DNA of 64,000 nt from Anaeramoeba ignava BMAN (lineage: Eukaryota; Protista; Anaeramoebae): positions 1-64,000 of the forward strand of contig JAPDFW010000024.1 of assembly GCA_028826165.1 (NCBI GenBank). The letters run 5' to 3'. A program made the position numbers and the translations under genes. Shown here one piece after another: positions 40,499 to 54,455 of the stretch. The notes under the pieces were generated by a model that worked only from the letters and a program-made list of their open reading frames with translations, was not told where the DNA came from and did not search any database. The first letter of the stretch is position 1. Every line of letters begins with the position of its first letter.

Positions 40499-43400
40499 AA
40501 TGACTTGAAGATTTATGGATTTTTTCACCGTATATTACAAGTATTTTTGGTTTGGTTATATGCTCATTTATAAGTTGTTTTATTTAGATAATATATATAT
40601 TGATTTATATGTTCGTTTATATGTTCATTTATATACTCGTTTATAAATTTATTTATTGGTTAGATTCTCGTTTCTATATTTATTGATATACTTATTTATA
40701 TGTTCGTTTATCAATTTATTTATATTGTGGTTTATATGTTAGTTTATATATATAGGTTTTTTTTTTTGACTTTTGATTTTAAATATTGATTATAAATTTA
40801 ATTAACAATTTAATTAATAATTTAATTAATAATTTAATTAACAATTTAATTAATAATTTAATTAACAATTTAATCAATAATTTAATTAATAATTTAATTA
40901 ATAATTTAATTAATAATTTAATCAACAATTTAATTAATAATTTAATTAATAATTTAATTAATAATTTAATCAACAATTTAATTAATAATTTAATTAACAA
41001 CTTGATTAATAATTTAATCAACAATTTAATTAATAATTTAATTAATAATTTAATTAACAATTTAATAAACAATTTAATTAACAATTTAATTAATAATTTA
41101 ATTAATAATTTAATCAACAATTTAATTAATAATTTAATTAACAATTTAATTAATAATTTAATCAACAATTTAATCAATAATTTAATCAACAATTTAATTA
41201 ATAATTTAATTAATAATTTAATTAATAATTTAATTAATAATTTAATTAATAATTTAATTAACAATTTAATTAATAATTTAATTAATAATTTAATTAATAA
41301 TTTAATCAATAATTTAATTAACAATTTAATTTTAAATTTAATTAACAATTTAATAAACAATTTAATTAACAATTTAATTAATAATTTAATTAATAATTTA
41401 ATTAACAATTTAATTAATAATTTAATTAACAATTTAATTAATAATTTAATCAACAATTTAATTAATAATTTAATCAATAATTTAATTAATAATTTAATTA
41501 ACAATTTAATTAACAATTTAATTAACAATTTAATTAACAATTTAATTAACAATTTAATTAATAATTTAATTACTCAATTTAATTAATAATTTAACTAACA
41601 ATTTAATTAACAATTTAATAAACAATTTAATCAATAATTTAACTAATAATTTAATTAATAATTTAATTAATAATTTAATTAACAATTTAATTAATAATTT
41701 AATTAATAATTTAATTAATAATTTAATTAACAATTTAATTAATAATTTAATTAACAATTTAATTAATAATTTAATTAATAATTTAATTAACAATTTAATT
41801 AATAATTTAATCAATAATTTAATTAATAATTTAATTAACAATTTAATGACCTGAAGATTTATGGATTTTTTCACCGTATATTACAAGTATTTTTGGTTTG
41901 GTTATATGCTCATTTATAAGTTGTTTTATTTAGATAATATATATATTGATTTATATGTTCGTTTATCTGTTCATTTATATACTCGTTTATAAATTTATTT
42001 ATTGGTTAGATGCTTGTTTCTATATATATTGATATATTTATTTATATGTTCGTTTATCAATTTATTTATATGTTAGTTTATATTCCAGTTTATATATATA
42101 TAGTTTTTTTTTTGACTTTTGATTTTAAATATTGATTATAAATTTAATTAACAATTTAATTAATAATTTAATTAATAATTTAATTAATAATTTAATTAAT
42201 AATTTAATTAATAATTTAATTAATAATTTAATTAATAATTTAATTAATAATTTAATTAACAATTTAATTAACAATTTAATTAATAATTTAATTAATAATT
42301 TAATCAATAATTTAATTAATAATTTAATTAATAATTTAATTAATAATTTAATTAATAATTTAATCAATAATTTAATCAACAATTTAATTAACAATTTAAT
42401 TAATAATTTAATTAATAATTTAATTAATAATTTAATTAATAATTTAATTAACAATTTAATTAACAATTTAATCAACAATTTAATTAATAATTTAATCAAT
42501 AATTTAATTAATAATTTAATTAATAATTTAATAATTTAATTAATAATTTAATTAATAATTTAATTAATAATTTAATTAATAATTTAATTAACAATTTAAT
42601 TAATAATTTAATTAACAATTTAATTAATAATTTAATTTTAACTTAATTAATAATTTAATTAATAATTTAATTAATAATTTAATTAATAATTTAATTAATA
42701 ATTTAATTAATAATTTTTTAATTAATAATTTAATAATTTAATTAATAATTTTAATTAATAATTTAATTATTAAATTTAATCAATAATTTTAATTAATAAT
42801 TTAATTAATAATTTAATTTTAATTAATTTAATTAATAATTTAATTAATAATTTAATTAATAATTTAATTAATAATTTAATTAACAAATTTTAATTAAACA
42901 ATTTAATTAATAATTTAATTAACAATTTAATTAATAATTTTAATAATAATTTAATTAACAATTTAATTAATAATTTAATTAATAATTTAATCAATAATTT
43001 AATTAATAATTTATTAATAATTTAATTAACAATTTTAATTAACAATTTAATCAACAATTTTAATAATTTAAATTAATAATCAATAATTAATTTAATTAAT
43101 AATTTAATCAATAATTTAATTAATAATTTAATTAATAATTTAATTAACAATTTTAATTTAATTAATAATTTAATTAATAATTTAATTAATAATTTAATTA
43201 ATAATTTAATTAATAATTTAATTAATAATTTAATTAATAATTTAATTAATAATTTTAATTAATAATTTAATTAACAATTTAATTAATAATTTAATTAACA
43301 ATTTAATTAATAATTTAATTAATAATTTAATTAATAATTTAATTAATAATTTAATTAACAATTTAATTAATAATTTAATTAATAATTTAATTAATAATTT

Positions 43401-46400
43401 AATTAATAATTTAATTAATAATTTAATTAATAATTTAATTAATAATTTAATTAATAATTTAATTAATAATTTAATTAATAATTTAATCAATAATTTAATC
43501 AATAATTTAATCAATAATTTAATGACCTGAAGATTTATGGATTTTTTCATCGTATATTACAAGTATTTTTGGTTTGGTTATATGCTCATTTATAAGTTGT
43601 TTTATTTAGATAATATATATATTGATTTATATGTTCGTTTATATGTTCATTTATATACTCGTTTATAAATTTATTTATTGGTTAGATTCTCGTTTCTATA
43701 TTTATTGATATACTTATTTATATGTTCGTTTATCAATTTATTTATATGTTAGTTTATATTCCAGTTTATATATATAGTTTTTTTTTTTTGACTTTTGATT
43801 TTAAATATTGATTAATAATTTAATCAATAACTTAATTAATAATTTAATTAACAATTTAATTAACAATTTAATTAATAATTTAATTAACAATTTAATCAAT
43901 AATTTAATTAATAATTTAATTAATAATTTAATCAACAATTTAATCAATAATTTAATCAACAATTTAATCAACAATTTAATCAATAATTTTTAATTAACAA
44001 TTTAATTAACAATTTAATTAATAATTTAATTAATAATTTAATTAATAATTTAATTAATAATTTAATTAATAATTTAATTAATAATTTAATCAATAATTTA
44101 ATTAACAATTTAATTAACAATTTAATTAATAATTTAATTAATAATTTAATTAATAATTTAATTAATAATTTAATTAATAATTTAATTAATAATTTAATTA
44201 ATAATTTAATTAATAATTTAATTAATAATTTAATTTAATTAATAATTTAATTAATAATTTAATTAATAATTTAATTAATAATTTAATTAATAATTTAATT
44301 AATAATTTAATTAATAATTTAATTAATAATTTAATTAATAATTTAATTAATAATTTAATTAATAATTTAATTAATAATTTAATTAATAATTTAATTAATA
44401 ATTTAATGACCTGAAGATTTATGGATTTTTTCACCGTATATTACAAGTATTTTTGGTTTGGTTATATGCTCATTTATAAGTTGTTTTATTTAGATAATAT
44501 ATATATTGATTTATATGTTCGTTTATATGTTCATTTATATACTCGTTTATAAATTTATTTATTGGTTAGATTCTCGTTTCTATATTTATTGATATGGTTA
44601 TTTATATGTTCGTTTATATATATTGATTAGATGCTCGTTTCTATATTTATTGATATGGTTATTTATATTGTGGTTTATATGTTAGTTTATATATAATTTT
44701 TTTGAATTTTGAAATATTTTAGTTGAAATATTAATTAACAATTTAATTAACAATTTAATTAACAATTTAATTAACAATTTAATTAATAATTTAATCAACA
44801 ATTTAATTAACAATTTAATTAATAATTTAATTAATAATTTAATTAATAATTTAATTAATAATTTAATCAACAATTTAATTAATAATTTAATTAACAATTT
44901 AATTAACAATTTAATCAATAATTTAATTAATAATTTAATTAATAATTTAATTAATAATTTAATTAATAATTTAATTAACAATTTAATCAATAATTTAATA
45001 ATTAATAATTTAATCAATATTTAATCAATAATTTAATTAATAATTTAATTAATAATTTTAATCAATAAATTTAATTAACAATTTAATTAATAATTTAATC
45101 AATAATTTAATTAACAATTTAATTAACAATTTAATCAACAATTTAATTAACAATTTAATTAATAATTTAATCAACAATTTTAATCAATAATTTAATTAAT
45201 AATTTAATTAATAATTTAATTAACAATTTAATTAATAATTTAATCAACAATTTAATTAATAATTTAATCAACAATTTTTTAATTTAATCAATAATTTAAT
45301 TAACAATTTAATTAACAACAAATTAATAATTTTAATCAAATTTAATTAATAATTTAATCAACAATTTAATTTAATTAACAATTTAACAAATAATCAATTT
45401 TAATCAATAATTTAATTAACAATTTAATTAATAATTTAATTAACAATTTAATTAACAATTTAATTAATAATTTAATTAACAATTTAATCAATAATTTAAT
45501 TAATAATTTAATTAACAATTTAATTAATAATTTAATCAACAATTTAATTAATAATTTAATCAACAATTTAATTAATAATTTAATCAATAATTTAATTAAT
45601 AATTTAATTAACAATTTAATTAATAATTTAATCAACAATTTAATTAACAATTTAATCAATAATTTAATTAACAATTTAATTAATAATTTAATCAATAATT
45701 TAATTTAATTTAATTTAATTAATAATTTAATTAACAATTTAATTAACAATTTAATAAACAATTTAATTAATAATTTAATTACTCAATTTAATTAACAATT
45801 TAATTAATAATTTAATCAATAATTTAATTAACAACTTAATTAACAATTTAATCAACAATTTAATTAACAATTTAATCAATAATTTAATTAATAATTTAAT
45901 TAATAATTTAATTAATAATTTAATTAACAATTTAATTAATAATTTAATTAATAATTTAATTAATAATTTAATCAATAATTTAATTAATAATTTAATTAAT
46001 AATTTAATTAACAATTTAATTAATAATTTAATCAATAATTTAATTAACAATTTAATGACCTGAAGATTTATGGATTTTTTCACCGTATATTACAAGTATT
46101 TTTGGTTTGGTTATATGCTCATTTATAAGTTGTTTTATTTAGATAATATATATATTGATTTATATGTTCGTTTATCTGTTCATTTATATACTCGTTTATA
46201 AATTTATTTATTGGTTAGATGTTCGTTTCTATATTTATTGATATGCTTATTTATATGTTCGTTTATCAATTTATTTATATGTTAGTTTATATTCCAGTTT
46301 ATATATATAGTTTTTTTTTGACTTTTGATTTTAAATATTGATTAATAATTTAATCAATAACTTAATTAATAATTTAATTAATAATTTAATTAACAATTTA

Positions 46401-49400
46401 ATTAATAATTTAATTAACAATTTAATCAATAATTTAATTAATAATTTAATTAACAATTTAATCAATAATTTAATTAATAATTTAATTAACAATTTAATTA
46501 ACAATTTAATTAATAATTTAATCAACAATTTAATTAACAATTTAATCAATAATTTAATTAACAATTTAATTAACAATTTAATTAACAATTTAATTAATAA
46601 TTTAATTAATACTTTAATTAACAATTTAATTAATAATTTAATTAACAATTTAATCAATAATTTAATTAATAATTTAATTAATAATTTAATCAATAATTTA
46701 ATTAACAATTTAATCAATAATTTAATTAATAATTTAATTAATAATTTAATCAATAATTTAATTAACAATTTAATTAATAATTTAATTAATAATTTAATTA
46801 ACAATTTAATCAATAATTTAATTAACAATTTAATCAATAATTTAATTAATAATTTAATTAATAATTTAATTAATAATTTAATTAATAATTTAATCAATAA
46901 TTTAATTAATAATTTAATTAATAATTTAATTAATAATTTAATCAACAATTTAATCAACAATTTAATTAACAATTTAATTAACAATTTAATTAACAATTTA
47001 ATTAACAATTTAATTAACAATTTAATCAATAATTTAATTAACAATTTAATTAATAATTTAATTAATAATTTAATTAACAATTTAATTAACAATTTAATTA
47101 ACAATTTAATTAACAATTTAATTAACAATTTAATTAATAATTTAATTAATAATTTAATTAATAATTTAATTAATAATTTAATTAATAATTTAATAACTTG
47201 AAGATTTATGGATTTTTTCACCGTATATTACAAGTATTTTTGGTTTGGTTATATGCTCATTTATAAGTTGTTTTATTTAGATAATATATATATTGATTTA
47301 TATGTTCGTTTATCTGTTCATTTATATACTCGTTTATAAATTTATTTATTGGTTAGATTCTCGTTTCTATATTTATTGATATGCTTATTTATATGTTCGT
47401 TTATCAATTTATTTATATGTTAGTTTATATTCCAGTTTATATATATATAGTTTTTTTTTTTGACTTTTGATTTTAAATATTGATTATAAATTTAATCAAT
47501 AACTTAATTAATAACTTAATTAATAATTTAATTAATAATTTAATTAACAATTTAATTAACAATTTAATTAACAATTTAATTAACAATTTAATTAACAATT
47601 TAATTAACAATTTAATTAACAATTTAATTAACAATTTAATCAATAATTTAATTAATAATTTAATTAATAATTTAATTAATAATTTAATCAATAATTTAAT
47701 TAACAATTTAATTAATAATTTAATTAACAATTTAATTAACAATTTAATCAATAATTTAATTAACAATTTAATCAACAATTTAATTAATAATTTAATTAAT
47801 AATTTAATTAACAATTTAATTAATAATTTAATTAATAATTTAATTAACAACTTAATCAATAATTTAATTAACAATTTAATTAACAATTTAATTAACAATT
47901 TAATTAATAATTTAATTAATAATTTAATTAACAATTTAATTAATAATTTAATTAATAATTTAATTAATAATTTAATGACCTGAAGATTTATGGATTTTTT
48001 CACCGTATATTACAAGTATTTTTGGTTTGGTTATATGCTCATTTATAAGTTGTTTTATTTAGATAATATATATATATATTGATTTATATGTTCGTTTATA
48101 TGTTCATTTATATACTCGTTTATAAATTTATTTATTGGTTAGATGTTCGTTTCTATATTTATTGATATACTTATTTATATGTTCGTTTATCAATTTATTT
48201 ATATGTTAGTTTATATTCCAGTTTATATATATATAGTTTTTTTTTGACTTTTGATTTTAAATATTGATTATAAATTTAATCAATAACTTAATTAATAATT
48301 TAATTAATAATTTAATTAACAATTTAATTAACAATTTAATTAACAATTTAATTAACAATTTAATTAACAATTTAATTAATAATTTAATTAACAATTTAAT
48401 TAACAATTTAATCAACAATTTAATTAATAATTTAATCAACAATTTAATTAACAATTTAATTAATAATTTAATTAATAATTTAATTAACAATTTAATTAAC
48501 AATTTAATTAATAATTTAATTAACAATTTAATTAATAATTTAATTAATAATTTAATTAACAATTTAATTAATAATTTAATTAATAATTTAATTAACAATT
48601 TAATTAACAATTTAATTAATAATTTAATTAACAATTTAATCAATAATTTAATTAATAATTTAATTAACAATTTAATTAACAATTTAATTAACAATTTAAT
48701 TAATAATTTAATTAACAATTTAATTAACAATTTAATTAACAATTTAATTAATAATTTAATTAATAATTTAATTAACAATTTAATTAACAATTTAATTAAC
48801 AATTTAATTTAAATAATTTTTAATTAATAATTTAATTAATAATTTAATTAATAATTTAATTAATAATTTAATTATTAATTTAATTAACAATTTTAATTTA
48901 ATTAATTTAATTAACAATTTAATTAACAATTTAATTAACAATTTAATTAACAATTTAATTAACAATTTAATTAATAATTTAATTAACAATTTAATCAATA
49001 ATTTAATTAACAATTTAATTAACAATTTAATTAATAATTTAATTAACAACTTAATTAATAATTTAATTAATAATTTAATTAATAATTTAATTAATAATTT
49101 AATCAACAATTTAATTAATAATTTAATTAACAATTTAATTAATAATTTAATTAATAATTTAATTAACAATTTAATTAACAATTTAATTAACAATTTAATT
49201 AACAATTTAATTAATAATTTAATTAATAATTTAATTAATAATTTAATCAACAATTTAATTAATAATTTAATGACCTGAAGATTTATGAATTTTTTCACCG
49301 TATATTACAAGTATTTTTGGTTTGGTTATATGCTCATTTATAAGTTGTTTTATTTAGATAATATATATATATATTGATTTATATGTTCGTTTATATGTTC

Positions 49401-50635
49401 ATTTATATACTCGTTTATAAATTTATTTATTGGTTAGATTCTCGTTTCTATATTTATTGATATGGTTATTTATATGTTCGTTTATCAATTTATTTATATG
49501 TTAGTTTATATTCCAGTTTATATATATAGTTTTTTTTTTGACTTTTGATTTTAAATATTGATTATAAATTTAATCAATAACTTAATTAATAATTTAATTA
49601 ATAATTTAATTAATAATTTAATTAACAATTTAATTAACAATTTAATTAACAATTTAATTAACAATTTAATTAACAATTTAATTAATAATTTAATCAACAA
49701 TTTAATTAATAATTTAATTAACAATTTAATTAATAATTTAATTAACAATTTAATTAATAATTTAATTAACAATTTAATTAATAATTTAATTAACAATTTA
49801 ATTAATAATTTAATTAATAATTTAATTAACAATTTAATCAACAATTTAATTAACAATTTAATTAATAATTTAATTAACAATTTAATTAATAATTTAATTA
49901 ACAATTTAATTAACAATTTAATTAATAATTTAATTAACAATTTAATCAACAATTTAATTAATAATTTAATTAATAATTTAATTAATAATTTAATTAATAA
50001 TTTAATTAATAATTTAATTAACAATTTAATTAATAATTTAATTAATAATTTAATTAACAATTTAATTAATAATTTAATTAACAATTTAATTAATAATTTA
50101 ATTAATAATTTAATTAACAATTTAATGACTTGAAGATTTATGGATTTTTTCACCGTATATTACAAGTATTTTTGGTTTGGTTATATGCTCATTTATAAGT
50201 TGTTTTATTTAGATAATATATATATATATATTGATTTATATGTTCGTTTATATGTTCATTTATATACTCGTTTATAAATTTATTTATTGGTTAGATTCTC
50301 GTTTCTATATTTATTGATATGGTTATTTATATGTTCGTTTATATATATTGATTAGATGCTCGTTTCTATATTTATTGATATGGCTATTTATATTGTGGTT
50401 TATATGTTAGTTTATATATAATTTTTTTGAATTTTGAAATATTTTAGTTGAAATATTAATTAATAATTTAATCAACAATTTAATTAATAATTTAATTAAT
50501 AATTTAATTAATAATTTAATTAATAATTTAATTAATAATTTAATCAATAATTTAATTAATAATTTAATTAACAATTTAATTAATAATTTAATTAATAATT
50601 TAATTAATAATTTAATTAACAATTTAATTAATAAT
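40499..50635. repeat. Composite array: nine ~290-bp conserved units alternating with variable-length (AATTTAATYAAY)n tracts
   Basis: Units beginning AAT(G/A)AC(C/T)TGAAGATTTATG at 40499, 41845, 43521, 44405, 46054, 47192, 47974, 49269 and 50124. Confidence 0.95.
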
Positions 50636-51222
50636 CAAATCAAAAAAATATTAAACGAAATAATTTTTTTTATTTCCGGCATATTTTCCCAAAAAATTAA
50701 AAAATAATAAAAATTTTTTTTTGTTTTGAAGGGAACCCACAAGTTATTATTATTATTATTATTACTATTACTATTACCATTACTAATATGTTTCGAATCT
50801 CCTCGACTCTATTTGGATTGTATATTTGGAAGTGGAAGGTGGAAATTTTGATCTAGAATATAGCTAAGTGTGATAATGATGTTTAAAATCAAAAAATTAT
50901 ATAATATTTATAGAAAATATACAAATAAGATGAGATAAATGAAAAAGAAATAATTTTAATTTTAAATTTTTAAATAAATTTTAATTTTCAAAAAAAATTA
51001 TTTAATAAAAAAAACTTGACAAAAATATTCTTCTTTTTAATTTTATTTTCTTTTTTGTTTCAAGATAAAAATCAACCAAAAAAATGAATGAAAAAAAAAT
51101 TGAATAAAAATGAAAATTGGAATCTTAATTTGAAATTCAACTGAAATTCCAATTTTCATTTGAAATGAAAAAAAAATTAAAAAAAAATTAATTTTTGAAA
51201 AAAAAAAAGATTTTTCTTTTTC

Positions 51223-52749
51223 CTAATTAGAATCGTCAGAACGTTTTGTGGAATCAATAATTCCTGAAGAATCACTATTAGATGATAAAGAGGAATCAGA
51301 ATAATGTTCATCATTTGCTTTTTCTGGTGAATTATAACTATTAGACTCGGATGAGTTCTCCTCCAAAAATAAATTTGAATTTGAATTTTGCTTTGAATTT
51401 CGAGATTTTTTCTTAAATTTGTTTTTTTTTGAATTTTTTTGTCTTAAAGCTCCTTTTTTTCTTTTTATTCTTTTTTGACTTGAATTTGAATTTGATTTTG
51501 AATTTGATTTTGAATTTGATTTTGAATTTGATTTTGAATTTGGTTTTGAATTTGGTTTTGAATTTGGTTTTGAATTTGGTTTTGAATTTGGTTTTGAATT
51601 TGATTTTGAATTTGATTTTGAATTTGGTTTTGAATTTGATTTTGATTTTGAATTTGAATTTGAATTTGATTTTGAATTTGATTTTGAATTTGGTTTTGAA
51701 TTTGATTTTGATTTTGATTTTCGTTTCATATTTTGTTCATTTTGAAGATTCAATAACCGTTGAGAAAGCAACGGTTTATTGCTCATCTCTTCCTTTTGTA
51801 AATTTATTAATCTTTTATGAATTTCTTTTTTGTTTTTACTTTTAGAAAAAATCTTATTTTTTTTTTTGAATTTTTTTGTTGTATTCTTCAATCGCTTTTG
51901 ATTCGATATTCTTGTTCTAGTAGCATTCCACTTATCAATTTCTCCTTTAATTGTTTCTTCAAGATTTTTTTTATTTGAATGCTTCATGCACATACTATAT
52001 GCGTATTTCCTTTTTTCTGCTGATTGTACATTCCTTACACAACTTTTGTAAATATGATAAGTCGAATTTGCCTTCATTTCGAGTATCGGAACACAGTTTT
52101 TTGCATGATTTTTTTCTTGGGCCCCACCACAAAGGCTACAAATCCTTTTTGTTGTTTGTTGTTGTGGTTGATTTTGTGTTGTTTTATTTTTTGTTGTTTG
52201 TTTTTTTTTTTTTGGTTTTTTTTTTTTTTGTTTTTTTTTTCTTGCATTTTGATCAATAGATTCATTATCAGATTTTGAATTTGAATTTGAATTTGAATTT
52301 GAATTTGATTTTGATTTTGATTTTGATTTTGAATTTGAATTTGAATTTGAATTTGAATTTGAATTTGAATTTGAATTTGGTTTTGAATTTGATTTTGAAT
52401 TTGAATTTGAATTTGATTTTGATTTTGATTTTGATTTTGAATTTGAATTTGATTTTGATTTTGAATTTGAATTTGATTTTGAATTTGATTTTGATTTTGA
52501 TTTTGAATTTGAATTTGATTTTGATTTTGAATTTGATTTTGATTTTGAATTTGATTTTGATTTTGAATTTGATTTTGAAATTGAAATTGAATTTGGAATT
52601 GAATTTGGAATTGAATTTGAAAAATCACTTTGCTCTGTGTTCATGTTGAGTTTATTCTTTGTTGAAGAAATGTGGGGGGATTTTTCTTGATCTTTGGGAA
52701 ATGAAAAAAGAAAAAAAAATAATTTTATTAAACACTTGTTTTGGGGCAT
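51223..52749 (-). CDS. Hypothetical basic low-complexity (SNSK-repeat) protein with a CxxC-H-C zinc-knuckle-like motif
   Basis: 508-aa ORF with a complex central part (CSLCGGAQEKNHAKNC), Lys-rich NLS-like tracts and an acidic Ser-rich tail. The true start may be downstream or spliced. Confidence 0.65.
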   Translation of the reverse strand: MPQNKCLIKLFFFLFSFPKDQEKSPHISSTKNKLNMNTEQSDFSNSIPNSIPNSISISKSNSKSKSNSKSKSNSKSKSNSNSKSKSKSNSKSNSNSKSKSNSNSKSKSKSKSNSNSNSKSNSKPNSNSNSNSNSNSNSNSKSKSKSKSNSNSNSNSNSKSDNESIDQNARKKKQKKKKPKKKKQTTKNKTTQNQPQQQTTKRICSLCGGAQEKNHAKNCVPILEMKANSTYHIYKSCVRNVQSAEKRKYAYSMCMKHSNKKNLEETIKGEIDKWNATRTRISNQKRLKNTTKKFKKKNKIFSKSKNKKEIHKRLINLQKEEMSNKPLLSQRLLNLQNEQNMKRKSKSKSNSKPNSKSNSKSNSNSNSKSKSNSKPNSKSNSKSNSKPNSKPNSKPNSKPNSKPNSKSNSKSNSKSNSKSNSNSSQKRIKRKKGALRQKNSKKNKFKKKSRNSKQNSNSNLFLEENSSESNSYNSPEKANDEHYSDSSLSSNSDSSGIIDSTKRSDDSN

Positions 52750-52846
52750 TCCCCTTTGGCGATTATTTATTTTTAATTTTGGTTTTTAAAAATTCAATTA
52801 TTATTTTCCAATTTTGGATTTAATTTCAATATCTTAAATTTTATTA

Positions 52847-54039
52847 TTAATCAAAAAGTAATTTTATTGAAAAAAAAATGTTACATTCTTGAAAACTATT
52901 CAATTCATATGGATAAGGCGAATTCTCGAATTCATCTCCACTATATACCGAATCAAAACTATCTGAAGAATCGAAAACTACAACTTCCTCTTGAATTTGA
53001 TTGAAGTTTTCATGTTTAATTTGTAACGGAATTAAACATTCAATAAGATTTGAATTTTCACTTTCACTTTGATATTCAATTTGATTTTGATTTTGATTAT
53101 TTTCATTTTCACTTTGATATTCAATTTCATTTTCACTTTTATATTCAATTTCATTTTCACTTTGATATTCATTTTCATTTTTATTTTCATTTTGATTTTG
53201 ATTATTTTCATTTTCAGTTTGATATTCAGTTTGATTTTGATTTTGAATTTGAATTTGATTTTGATTTTCATTTTGATTTTGATTTTGATTTTGATATTCA
53301 ATTTCAATTTGATTTTGAATTTGAATTTGAATTTGATTTTGATTTTGATTGTCAATTTCAATTCGGTTTTCATTTTCATTTTGATATTCAATTTCAATTT
53401 GATTTTCATTTTGATTTTGATTTTCAATTTCAATTTGATTTTCAATTTCAATTTCATTTTCATTTTCATTTTCAATTTCAATTTCATTTTCATTTTCATT
53501 TTCAATTTCAATTTCAATTTCATTTTCATTTTCAATTTCAATTTGATTTTGATTTTGATCATTTCCATTTTCAATTTCAATTTGATTTTGATTTTGATCA
53601 TTTCCATTTTCATTTCCATTTTCATTTTCTTTTTGTTTTTTTTCACTCCTATTGGCTACAAGAAAAAATTTTAGATTTTTTGAGAAATAAAAAAGTAAGA
53701 TTTTTTTTAATTATATTTATTAGATAAAAATATACAGATTTTGTTTATATCATAAAGTATATTATTGATATTCAAATTAGGGAAGGATTGAGAAATTTTT
53801 TTAAGCAGATTTTTGTGTATGAACTTTCCAAGGGAAGAAATTGCCCAAGAGTAGACATGCGGTGAAATATATTCTTTTTTGGTCATTTCTTTAAGAATTT
53901 CTAAAATTTCTCCAATATTTTCTATTTTGATATTTGGTGAGACAATTTTTGAAGAAATCAAAAATAACGAACAGATTTCTTCACTTTTTTCCAATTGATT
54001 TAAATGCTGTAATATTTCTTCAATTTTTTTATTTTCCAT
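52847..54039 (-). CDS. Hypothetical two-exon protein: globular N-terminus plus E/N/Q/I low-complexity tract; intron 53656-53735
   Basis: ORF 54039-53736 joined via a GTATA...TGTAG 80-nt intron in frame to SNRSEKKQKENENGN...; TAA at 52847-52849. Confidence 0.6.
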
Positions 54040-54089
54040 TTTTTAAAAAGAAAAGAAAGAAGAGAAAAATTTAGAAAAAATCCAAAAAA

Positions 54090-54420
54090 AATAAAAAAGA
54101 AAAATAAAAATCCAAAAATATTTTTATTATAAATTTTAATTTAAAATTGAATAAGTGATCCAAATAAAAAAGAAAAACAAAAAATCCAAAAATATTTTTA
54201 TTTTAAATTTTAATTTAAAATTGAATAAGTGATCCAAATAAAAAAGAAAAACAAAAAATCCAAAAAAATTTTTATTTTAAATTTTAATTTAAAATTGAAT
54301 AAGTGATCCAAATAAAATAAAAAAGAAAAAAAATAAAAATCCAAAAAAATTGTTATTTTAAATTTTAATTTAAAATTGAATTTAAAATTGAATAAGTGAT
54401 CCAAATAAAAGAAAATTAAA
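54090..54420. repeat. ~75-bp tandem repeat, 4 copies (TTGAATAAGTGATCCAAATAAAA)
   Basis: Motif at ~54147, 54221, 54295 and 54388. Confidence 0.8.
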
Positions 54421-54455
54421 AAGAGAAAATGAAAAATAAATTAAAATGAATCATT

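Noticed and set aside
40779-50622. LINN/LLIK ORFs as annotated protein-coding genes
   Set aside because: They arise from a stop-free 12-mer, mostly use non-ATG starts and occur on both strands. Kept only as a hypothesis under findings.
40499-50635. CRISPR array
   Set aside because: The constant units are ~290 bp, the intervening tracts are simple repeats rather than unique spacers, there are no cas genes, and the context is eukaryotic.
51429-53727. Overlapping alternative-frame and antisense ORFs (LNLILN, QIQNQN, MKMKLK, FHFDF)
   Set aside because: Shadow frames of hexamer repeats within the two genes called.
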